64,000 nucleotides of DNA from Klebsormidium nitens. Lineage: Eukaryota > Plantae > Klebsormidiophyceae. Below, piece after piece: positions 35,801 through 47,800 of this stretch. The translations under genes were made by a program, and so were the position numbers. Position 1 is the stretch's first letter, and the number at the start of each line of letters is the position of its first letter. The notes under the pieces were generated by a model that saw nothing but the letters and a program-made list of their open reading frames with translations, searched no databases and was not told the DNA's origin. The DNA lies in assembly GCA_000708835.1 (NCBI GenBank), contig DF237398.1, positions 12,188-76,187 on the forward strand. The letters run 5' to 3'.

Positions 35801-38800
35801 GTCTCCAGACTTCATATCTCTCCTGAACCGTCTAACATTTCTTGAATAACTTGAATACCGTAATAATGTCAGACCTCTAATCCACCCCAAATAACGGTTA
35901 CACATTTTCAGATGAACTCACCCTAGTTTTTCCAGACCCTGTCGAGAGCCTTCCACCTCTCTGCCAATCGCAGGTGTTCAGCATCGAGATCGTGAAGAAC
36001 TACCGGGCGACCGAGTTCCACGAGGACCTCAAGACGCTGTATCGCCAGGCGGGGGCCGGGGACAACCCCCGGCCGACGGTCTTCCTCTTCGACGACACTC
36101 AAATTGTAACCGAGACCTTCCTGGAGGACGTGAATAACATCCTCACCAGTGGCGAGGTGAGCGGCAAATACTACGTGGCCTTGACGCCATTTTAATGGAC
36201 TTTCGAGGGTTCGTAGAGGATCTTGGCGACCGTTCCTGCATTTTCCCTGACTGCTCTGAACTCATGAAGCAAGAGCTTTCTTAATTCAGTAGGTTCTCGG
36301 CTAGATTCTAAGCGGGCAGTTAGCTGAAGTTTGAACCTTATTCAGAACCGTTTCACCACCGCCCTCGCGCATCTGAGCGAAGTCATTTGGGGCTCAGAAG
36401 TCCAGATGCTGAGCAAACCTTTCTGGTTTAACATGCGACCCATCCTTGACCAGATCTTCAGAGTCCCAAAAGTCTTTACAGCCCCTGCAGCATGATCACC
36501 CTGGACCTATTCAACCAGACTTTAGCCAGACCGTAAACACCGGGGACACTTGTCAGAACGAACATCTTGAAGTAAGATTCTTAACCTTTAAACCCCTCGT
36601 CCAGGTGCCGAACCTGTTCACCAAGGACGAGATCCAGGCGGTGTGCGAGGAGTGCCGCGGCGCGGCCAAGCGCGCGGGCGCGGGCGAGACGGGCGACGCG
36701 CTGTACGCGTTCTTCCTGGAGCGCGTGCGCGCGAACCTGCACGTGGTGCTGTGCCTGAGCCCCGTCGGGGAGGCGTTCCGTAACCGGCTGCGCATGTTCC
36801 CCGGCCTCGTCAACTGCACCACCATCGACTGGTAAGTGTGCTCGGGGAATAATGCCTGGATTTGGGGTTTGGGGGCATGTTCGAGGATGACTTTGGTGAT
36901 GGAGTAGGAGCAGGGACGCAAAACTCTTGGATGAAAGTTTTGTACCATCCCTTAGAACATCAAGACTGCTGGACTTGAGCGCAAAAACGGCTCGCTGAAG
37001 GTCTTCGCCGAATGGCACAATGTGCCTTATCCACCCGCAAGGACTCTGAACTTTGTCGAGCAGCAAGTCGCTGTACAAGCTTCTCTTCTGGAAGGTTTTG
37101 GGTAGCTCAAAGCCGGTCCTTTTCTTTGTTGTTCTGTTTGCTGGCATCTGTCCTTTGACCTGGTGTCAACCTTTCTGGCGACCAGGTTCATTGAGTGGCC
37201 CGCGGACGCGCTGCTGGAGGTCGCCACGAAGCTGCTGGAGGAGGAGAAGCTGGGCGCGCCCGAGGTGAAGGCCGCCATCTGCCAGGTGTTCGTGACGGCG
37301 CACCAATCGGTGCAGGACACGTCAGCAAAGATGAAGGAGCAGCTCAAGCGGCAGGTCTACGTCACGCCCACCAACTACCTCGAGTTCGCCAAAGGGTGGG
37401 TCGCCGCCCCTAGCTCTTTTGAAAGTGCCTGTGTTTGTTCTGTTAGAACGTTAGAACGTTAAGAACTATCCAGAAAGGCTGTTCTTCTTATGTTGTTCCA
37501 CAGGCTACCCAGACTGCAAACAGTAGATAAGCACACAACTGAGCAACAAAGTAACGCCACTATTGCATCTCCAACGTATTGCAACGACGCCAACCTCTGG
37601 TGAAGACGAGGATGTGGCGCCTGACTTCACCCGCGCAAAATTGCTAATCTTATCAGAGGGATTCCCGCGTCTCCTTGCAAACTCTCCTGAACTTCAGCCA
37701 GTTACGAGTAAAAGCAAGCGGAGGCTGGGCGAAACAGCAACGTTGAAATGTACACTTCGATCAGGACCCCCGCTTTTCTCTCCAGGTACTGCCAGCTGCT
37801 GAAGGAGAAGAACGCGGCTCTAAGCGAGAGCGCGGGCAAGCTGCGCGGCGCGGCCGCCAGATCCAAAAGCCCTCTTAAACCCCTCTTACTTTCCCGCCAG
37901 GTATCTCCAGCTGCTGAAGAAGAAGAACGCGGCACTGGGCCTCAACGCCGCAAAGCCGTTAACGCCTATTAACAGATGCAACGCCGTCCATGTCCCCGCA
38001 GGTTTTTTACAGATTTAAAGCAGCAGACCGGCGGTTAATCCCGGGCGACAGGGCAGCGCCAGGTTCTTAAACCCACCTTTTTTCTCCCAGGTATCGGCAG
38101 CTGCTGAAGGAGAAGAATGCGGCGCTGGGCGAGAGCGCGGGCAAGCTGCGCGGCGGGCTGCAGAAGCTGGACGAGACGCGCGAGCAGGTGGGCGCGATGC
38201 AGGTGGTGTGCGTGGAGAAGAAGGTCGTCGTCGCCAAGGCCAAGAAGGACTGCGAGGAGCTGCTGGTGGAGATCGTCACGGAGAAGCGCGCCGTCGACGA
38301 GCAGGAGCGACAGGTGCGGCCGCGCGCGCGCTTTGAGTTCAAGGGTTTTGGGGCTTCGAGGCTCAGCCCCAAAACTTCGCAGCGGAGGTTTTGGGCAGGA
38401 TCTTTCGAAAAGTTGGCTACTGTTTCAGACAATTTTAAACCGCATGATACAGGAAGGGAGCGTCTTGCCCGCGCTGATCTCCAAGATAAGCTTGAAGCTG
38501 ATCCGGAGGCTTGGCGTGAGGCGAGGAAGGCTTCTTTAAGACCTTCTCGAGCATGCGCGAGAGAGATACTGCCTGTGCTCTGCGAGACCAAAGGCTTCCG
38601 TCAAGCGGTCTTCTCTGTTGAAAGCCTTCCTGTAGTCGCATCCTCATCTCAACCGTCTGTAGATGCCTCAAAATTTTGATATGCTCACTGATCGCACCCT
38701 GCTCCAGGTCAACGCGGAGGCCAGCAAGATCGAGAAGGAGGCGGAGGAGTGCAACGCCATCGCCACCGACTGTCAGCGCGACCTGGACAAGGCCCTGCCA

Positions 38801-41800
38801 GCCCTACAGGTAAGACTGAAGATGCACCCGCGAGGGCCTTCAATGAGCAGCAGCAAGGGCTTCGCTTTTCAAACCCACAGCAGAGAATCTGCGTCTGGAA
38901 ATCACAAAGGTGCTGGTTCTGAGGGCTATCTACGCTAGCGAGCAGCCGAGAGCTTGCGGAATGGCTCCGGTCATCAGGTTCTATATCATCTTTGGCTCCT
39001 CGAGTGCTTTTCAACGTTCGCCAGTGAGATTTCACCAACAAAAAGCTTCTGCCATGCCCACCTTGTCCTACAATCCTGAAATTCGTAACTCAAACCCTTC
39101 TTACGTCAAGTCCGCCCTTCTGACTCTCCCCCTGTCAGCCGGCCGACAAAGCTTTGAAAATTCTCGACCACTTCCAGATCGTTTTTCAATCTCTTAACCG
39201 GCCTCCCTAACCCTATCTGCCAGGCGGCCGAGGACGCGCTGAACGTGCTGACGAAGAAGGACTTGAGCGAAGTGAAAGCGTACGCGAAGCCGCCGCCGTT
39301 GGTGGAGCTGGCGCTGGGGGGCGTCATGACCGTGCTGAAGAAACCCACGAGCTGGGACGAGATCAAGAAGGCGCTCGGGGACGCCAACTTCCTGGAGAAG
39401 CTGCTCAAGTACGACAAGGACCAGCTGGTAGGAGAAAATGTTTGGTTTGGTTATTCTGCTCTCCTACCCGCTTTGAGTTCAGCGGGATTCTATGCTTTTC
39501 GTTCAGCATGCGTCAGACTGCGTTCGGAGACGGCTCAAAGTTTTAGAGAGCTGCTCAAACACAGCAAGGACCAGCTGTTGAGGACGGCGCGTGTTGACGT
39601 CTCAAATTCTTGGGAGCCTTTGGATTATTCAACAGATCGCTCTCAATAAGGAGCTATGCAGGCGGGAGTGCGAGGCATGATGCAGGGGAATGCTGCCAAG
39701 AACACAAGATCAACTAGGATGAGGCTCTCATGAGGCTCTTCTTTTCTGGAAGCATCGCCTTATCTCAGATCATATCTAGCCAGCCCTGCAGTCCAATCAA
39801 GCAGTCTCTTGATGCCGGCCTTTCCTCGAAAATCGAATCTTGAAATACCGTTCCTGCAATCAACCCTTGAACGACGCCAAACTCCAAATCCTTTCATTCG
39901 GTTCTGAGGCGTCTTTTGACCCGTCTTCTCAGGTCGACTCGCTGCTCAAGAAGATCTCCAAGTTCACGAGCAACCCGGACTTCACGCCCGAGGCCGTCGG
40001 CAAGGTGTCCGCGGCCGCCAAGGGGTTATGCCTGTGGGTTAGGGCCATGGAAACCTACGGTTACGTCTCCAAGGAAGTGGGCCCCAAGAAGGAGAAGCTC
40101 AAGGCCGCGCAGGCGACGCTCGCCAAGAAGCAGGCCGCGCTGCAGGCCGCGCGCGACCAGCTTGCAGCGGTGAGCCGGGGTTTTGGGGGTTAGGGTTTTG
40201 CGAGCGGGTGTTGAGTGGCGTTGCTTCAAGAATAAACGCTGATGTTGAAGAGTTCGGCACTTATAGCTGGTCGTATAGTTGAGAGTACGGAGGATGGGCT
40301 CTACTTTGTACCTTTGCTGTCGTCCAATGTGAATAGTGAGTACTTGTCTGTATTCGATCCAATTTTTGGAGACTCGTATAACAGAGTAGGAATGCTCTTG
40401 GGTACTTCATCTCATAACCAGAAGACATGTCACTTGAGCTCGGAGCTATTTGACAATTCCTGCGAGGCTAAGGTCCACCTATGTCCAAGACAAATCAAAA
40501 ATGAATGTACGTTATCCTGAGCCCCTGGAAAAAACCATGAGCCGTCCCGCAATCCCTCTTTTACCTCCACAGGTCCTCGCCAAAGTCGCGGCGCTCAAGG
40601 ACAAGTACGACACGAGCACCGCCAGCAGAGAGGCGCTGCAGCGCGAGGCCGAAGACTTAGAAGGCAAATTACAACGCGCGGAAAAGCTGGTCTTAGGACT
40701 GGCCGGGGAAAAGTCCCGGTGGGAAGCCAGCATCGGAAACCTGGAGCAGCAGATCGGGAGACTGCCCGGGGATTGCCTCGTCGCGGCCGCGTTCCTGAGC
40801 TACGCCGGGCCGTTCCCGAGCGAGTACCGGGAGGAGCTGGTCAAGCGGACGTGGCTGGACCAGGTGGGCTGTCGGGATTTTAGGGTTTGGTTTTTTAAGG
40901 GTTTCTTGGGTCCAGACTTTAGGGGTAAGAGTTTTCGAGCAATGCCCAGGAGCGATTTATGTTTGCTTTCGGTATATTGAGTTCATAGCGAGAGAGCTGG
41001 TTGAAGCGGACGTGGCTGGACCAGGTGGGATATGGTGAACTTCGGATTAACGTCTTCTGAGAGCAATTTGATTTGAAGGAGAGGGTTTGAAGTGATGTGG
41101 GGCCAAGTTTTGTCTCCGAAGGAGCTGGCGAGATCGACCAGGTGCTTGTACGGAAAAAGCTTCGCACGCGGTGTCCGAGCATCTTGCGGTATCGACTTTC
41201 AGGATTCCGGGGTCTGACAAAGTGTTACTTGATTTAGCGAGTCCAAGTCGTTGGCGAGTAAGCGATCCACATTCACGCCAGGCTCTGCGACACGATGGTT
41301 TTCTCCGAACTTTTCCAATCCTCAAAGCTTCTCTCCGATTGCGCGAACCCACGCAAAACCCGAGCAACTCAACGTGTCCGTTTCGTACGCTCTGTTAGGT
41401 CCGCAAGCTGAGCATCCCGTCGTCCGCGGACTTCGACTTCGCGCTATTTTTGGCGAACCCGAGCGACGTGCGCGACTGGAACATCCAGGGCCTGCCCGCC
41501 GACCAGTTCTCCACCGAGAACGGCGTCATGGTCACGCGCGGCCGCCGCTGGCCGCTCATGATCGACCCCCAGGTGGGCAGAATTTTTCTATCAATATTTG
41601 CCGGGTAAAAGTGCTCATTCTGACTTGAAAAGCTGCAGCTTTCGCTTCTTCGATCAAGCTCTCAGGGAGCAGGTTGGGAATCCGATGTATTGAAAAATGC
41701 AGGTATCATTCTCTTGACGACTTAAGAGGCACTTGGCTTTGGGAAAGAGTCCAAGAAGCCTCCAATGCAAGAAGAAGAACGATCGAAAGGTTCGCTTTTT

Positions 41801-44800
41801 GCTCCAATAGGGAGAACAAATATCAGCCAACCCCTCTGTTCCAGGAGCCCAGCCAACAAGTGGATCGAAGAGCACGGAGAATTTTTTGGCCGATCAGACC
41901 TTTATTGTATCAAAATGTTAAAGGTTTGGACTCTGCTGAGAATCCAAACCCCTCTTTTCCGCAGGGCCAAGCCAAGCCAAGCCAAGCCAAGCCAAGTGAG
42001 GAGGAGGCTTACCGTCGTACATTCCCCTGAAACCGAATCAAATCAAACCCTTCTCTTCCGCAGGGGCAAGCCAACAAGTGGGTGAAGAGCATGGAGGCGG
42101 GCCGTGGGCTGAAGGTGGTGGACCTGCAGATGTCGGACCTGATGCGCACCATGGAGAACGCCATCCAGTTCGGCAACCCCGTCCTGCTGCAGGACGTGCT
42201 CGAGGAGATCGACCCCTCGCTGGAGCCCATCCTCGCAAAGTCGTTCATCAAAAAGGGCAACCAGGTGCGTTGACAATACCTTGTTGCGCTATGCTTTTTA
42301 TATCTTGAGCGGAACGATGGCCGAATTCCAAGGGGAGCGAAGCCGACGAGCGCCAAGCCTTTGAATTTTAGAGCGAGTGAATGATGAGCTTGACAGACGC
42401 GAGCAAAATTTCTGACTGGGTGTTGGGTTCGACGTAAGTCGGTGTGGATTCTGGAATTTCAGATACAGTCAAAAGGCGAGCTTCGTCCTTGGCATACAAA
42501 GTATAAACGAGCTCCCCACTCGTGTCGAATGTGATCGAAAGCCCACCAAATGCGGAGGAAACTTTGGAAGACCTTGCCAGGCGACGCCCATACCCAATCT
42601 CTGCTCAATGCCGTTACTCTCCTCTTCCGCCAGGTGCTAATCAAGCTGGGCGATAAAGAGATCGACTACAACCCCGACTTCCGGTTGTACATAACCACCA
42701 AGCTCGCTAACCCGCACTACACCCCGGAGGTCTCCACCAAGGCGACCATCGTTAACTTCGCGGTTAAGGAGCAGGGTTTGGAGGCGCAGCTGCTCAACAC
42801 CGTGGTGCAGAAGGAGCGGCCCGACCTGGACAAGCAGAAGAACGAGCTCGTGGTCAAGGTGGGGTTTGCCGCTGACCTCGCTTCTTAACCCTGTTTTTGT
42901 TGACCTGGTTGATTCGCGAAGCACTAATGGTCCAGATTGCCGTGACTACTTTACGGAGCATGCTTAGCTGACTGAAGTCATGAGCAAACTGGTTTCCGTA
43001 AGGAAAAATCGAGCACTCCCTCTACAAAGCAACACGCTATAGCATTTTTTACATTCGCCGCCGACCAGAAACAAACAGCATTGCTTCCTCTCTAACCATC
43101 TCCAGTCCCTTCCAAGGGAGCAACGCTTTCTCAAAGTGGCACTGAAGCTGGAGGGTATTGCGTCGGTTGATCATCTGAGCTACCGTCTCGGTTAACATCC
43201 AAACCCTGTCTAACCGGGCGCGGTTCCGCAGGTTGCGACCGGGAAGCGCACCCAGGCGAAGCTGGAGGACGACATTCTGCGGCTGCTCTCGTCTGCGACG
43301 GGCAGCCTGCTGGACAACCTGGAGCTCATCAACACGCTGGACCAGTCCAAAACCACCTGGGAGGAGGTGCGCAAACTACTCTGTCTGTTTTCTGATTTCG
43401 CAGATTCCATTTTGTCGTGTTCTTTCTAAGTCTCGGTCCCCAATTTATTGGGCCCGACAGAAGCAACATAACGGGAGCCCACAAGCTGACAGAATCAGAG
43501 TCACTCCGGAGTGTTTAGGCGCCTTCATTTGCGTACCTTTCAGGGCAATTCTACAGGCGTGTTTGTTGCAAGTCGATTTATTGCCAATGATGCGGCGTTC
43601 AGTAAGCTCACCGACTGGCGGCGTAGGTCTGGCTGAGGTCACAGGTCCATTGTGCGCCAGTGAGTTCACCATCGAAAGCTGCTGTACCGCAAAAAGGCGA
43701 CCATCTTCAAATCTTTATGCCCGGGCCGCAGGTGAACGAGTCTCTAAAGGTCGCCGAGGAGACCGCCAAAAAGATCGAGACCGCGGCCGCGGCGTACAAG
43801 CCGTGCGCGGTGCGCGCGAGCGCGCTCTACTTCGTGCTGAACGAGTTGGCGACCATCGACCCCATGTACCAGTTCAGTCTGGACGCCTACACGGACCTGT
43901 TCCACATCTCCATTGCGAAGAGCCCCAAATCTGACCAGCTGCAGACGCGGATCAAGAACCTGAACGACTTCCATACGTACGCGGTAAGGGGCTCCGGCAG
44001 ATTTGCTTTTCTACTGCTCTTTGTTGTGCGCTTGTGATTGCACAGTTGGCGCTACTTCATGCTGAAATAGACAGATTCTTGACGATTTTGCTTGCTGTGT
44101 TTGGCAGTACAAACGTTACGATCGAGAGGGTTGGTTCCTTCTCCGTATGAAAAATGTTTAAGTAACTTGCTCAGGCCATTGAACAGCAGCCGAGCGCAAG
44201 AATCCTTGTCCCAAGCGCCTTTCGCGCTCCTTTCCTCTTGAGAGACCAAATCTACATAAACTGCCCTGAGGGATGCTCATGCCAGTGCCCTGCTGCATTG
44301 CTGCAGACGATATTTGGATTCTGGTGTCGTCACGTTCACTTTGCTGACGTACATCTCTTCCGCCCCTTCCCAGGTGTACAAGTACACCGCGCGCGGGCTG
44401 TTCGAGCGGCACAAGCTGCTCCTCTCGCTCCAGATCTGCGCGCGCATCCTGCAGACCGCCGCGCAGATCAACACGGAGGAGTGGCAGTTCTTCCTGCGCG
44501 GGGGCACCGTGCTCGACCGGAGCGCGCAGCCCAAGAATCCCGCGCGCGCGTGGATCAGCGAGCAGGGCTGGGACCACATCAACGAGCTGGAGAAGCTGCC
44601 CCACTTCAAGGGGGTGGTCTCGAGCTTCGACAAAGATACGAGCGACTGGGAGGCGTGGTACCGCCAAGGGTGAGAACTTGAGCTTGTGGCTCTCAGACAT
44701 GATAGTGGCATTTTGCAAACGCTTTGGTTTCATTCGGGGCAACGTGCTTGGCTTGTCTGTTCAGCATCGTCGCAGCCAGCAGGAACGCCGTTCAAGTACT

Positions 44801-47800
44801 CGGGCTAAGTGGTCGACCAAAAGTGCAGGACACTTTGTCAACCTGAAGTGTGGCTGTTGCGACATCCCTTCAAGTGCTTGCGGATTGAGCTGAAGCAGAA
44901 GCGCGACCTCTATTGGAGCAGCTTTCATTATCTCCCTGTCCACTGGAAAGCTGAGGTATCAAACGCGTCGTCATATTCCTTCCAGGGAGCCCGAGACTGC
45001 CGAGCTGCCTGGCGAGTGGGAATCCAAGTGCAACGAGCTGCAGCGCATGGTGAGTGCCCAGTTGTCCTCAGTATTCAATTCGTGAGCTCCTTCATCTGCT
45101 TCCTTGCACCTGTCGGGCCGTGGTTGGCAGCTTCATATTTGTCTATAGCTTCTCGATTACCTCTTGGTACATTCGGGATGTCAAAAAACCGACCATGTCG
45201 GGTCTCTGCGGGCGTACTAAACCGCATAATTAAACAAAAGCCGCTTTGCTTCAACCTCTGCCGGCTTGCACATTCATCTTCGTTATTTCATTTATCGTCG
45301 CCAATTTTGAGTTCCCTCCTCTCGATCGTTTGCGGACCCCTCTTCGAACATGCAAGCGACCTTGGAAGCACTTACAAAAAGATGGTCGTGACCACCGTTT
45401 GAAATAATGTCTCTTTCATCCCCCAGATCTTCGTGCGCTGCCTGCGGCCCGACCGCGTCATCTTCGCGGCCGCGACTTACGTTGCGCACAACCTGGGCCG
45501 CAAGTTCGTGGAGCCGCCGGTTCTAGACCTGGGCGAAACGTACAACGACTCGCTGCCAACCACGCCACTCATCTTCGTGCTCAGCGCGGGGGTGGATCCC
45601 ACAGCGAACTTGCGCCAGCTGGCGGCCAACAAGGGCATGGCGGAAAAGTAAGTCGAGCGACCAGTTTCTGCTGTATGTCGTGACACTGTGGTTTCTGTTG
45701 CATGATTGCCGTAGTCAAATAGATTTTCTATAATCAGCGGATTCTTACTCTCATCGAATGCACGGAAAGTGTACAATCATACCGTTTGTACTTCCGTTCA
45801 GAGTTCCTGGGCTGCAGTTTGGAACACGCTTTCCTGACCTGACCGTTTTTTGACGTCAGTTCGAAAGCCTTGTTCAGCACTGGAAAGCAATATGGCACTC
45901 AGTATCGTTCCAATCTCCGCAGATCTTCTCGTCCTCTGTCTAAAGAGGGCCTTTTATCTCCCTCCAGGTTCCACGCGGTTGCGCTGGGTCAAGGCCAGGC
46001 CCCGATCGCGACGAAACTGATCCAAGAAGCCGTGAAAGAAGGCACCTGGGTCTTCTTGGCAAATTGCCACTTGATGACCAGTTGGCTTCCGACTCTGGAC
46101 AAAATCATCGAGGGGCTGGAGGCGCAAAAGCCGCACGAGTCGTTCCGGCTCTGGTTGTCCAGCTCGCCCAATCCCAAGTTCCCCATCTCAATCCTCCAGG
46201 TAAAGGATTTTTCGGTCGGAATTAGTGGATATCAGAAGATACTCCGTTTGGATGTTTCCCCCGAACTCTGCTTCCTATCCTGAATACTCAGGTGATCATA
46301 AGGAGCGGAGTCCGTCCTTGCCTCCGATATTATTGCTGTCTCCAACATATTTTGGTTCGTCTCTCTGCGTGATGCCGCTCTAGACCATACTCGTCTCGTA
46401 GTGTAAGCCAAAAAAGGAAGTTGTCAACACTGTCCTTTAGTCTTTGATTTGGAAAGCTGGGGCAATGGACCTGAAATGCTGCATCTCCTTTTCGCAAAAT
46501 GGTTGGCCGAAATGGGATGGGGGGAAAACGCCACCGCAATCTTTTCCAGCGGAGCCCACATACGAAGGGAGACACTTCGACAGATCCTCCTGGACTCTAG
46601 TCTGCTTTTCTCACCTTTCAAATTGATCCATTCCGCTGACCCTCCGCTTCCGCCCTCGCAGCGCGGCCTCAAGATGACGACGGAGCCGCCCAAGGGCCTG
46701 CGCGCGAACCTGCTGCGGCTGTACGCGAGCACGAGCGAGGAGAGCTGGGCGGCGTGCCGCGCGCAGGCCAAGTACCAGAAGCTCTTCTTCGCGCTCACCT
46801 ACTTCCACTCCGTGCTGCTGGAGCGCAAAAAGTTCGGCAACCTGGGGCTCAACATCCCGTACGATTTCAACGACACCGACTTCCAGGTGCGCGCGCGTTT
46901 TGATTTCAGGGGTGTCTGTCGTGGGTTAAAGATGGAGGAGTTGGGAGTTTCGGGAAGTTTCTGGGGGTTTGAGGGTGTGGGTCGGATTGGGCACCAAGGC
47001 TGCCAAAGCCGGGGCTATGAGAAAGTAATGTTTTCGTACCTGTGGCCTTTTGCATTGAGCTACGGCCAGCCGAGCTGATTTCATTCTAATCAGCGTGTAA
47101 GCCCTGGTGTTCGGGCTCTGGATTGGAATCTTATCAACAAGCGGGATGATGACTCACTCCATGGAAGCTCGCCCACGCGACAAGAAAGACCCATTTCACA
47201 GCCGCTGGGCTCCTCAGGAATCACAGAAGATTCGATTGACTCATTCCGAAGCTCTCCTAAATGACTGCTGGCTTGAAAGCAAATTCATTCTTCTTCTAAC
47301 CAGGTGTCGGACGACCTGCTCAAGACGTACCTGGACGAGTACGACGAGACGCCGTTCGACGCGCTCAAGTACCTCATCGCGGAGGCCAACTACGGCGGCC
47401 GCGTCACCGACGAACTAGACCGGCGCGTGCTCGCGAGCTACCTGGACCAGTTCTACTGCCCCGAGGCGCTGTCCACGCCCGCGTACCCGCTGTCCTCGCT
47501 GCCCAACTACTACATCCCGGATAATGGAACCATGCAGGTAAGGGGCCTGGTTAACGGGAATCCGCGACGGGAGGGTTAGTAAAGTGGGCGAAAAATCCGG
47601 GACGAAGACTCTTTATTCATATGCTTCTTGGAGCATCTAGCAACTCTGACTGCTTAGATTCGGAACGGAACGAGTGAAAGATGGCTGGCTTCTGCAAAGC
47701 CAGTGAGTTCACATCCTGAATAGACATTGCGAGCATCTGCCAACGCCTGGTCATGATTTCTGTGTCAGCCCCCGGGATAATATGCTCCTTTGGAAACAAG

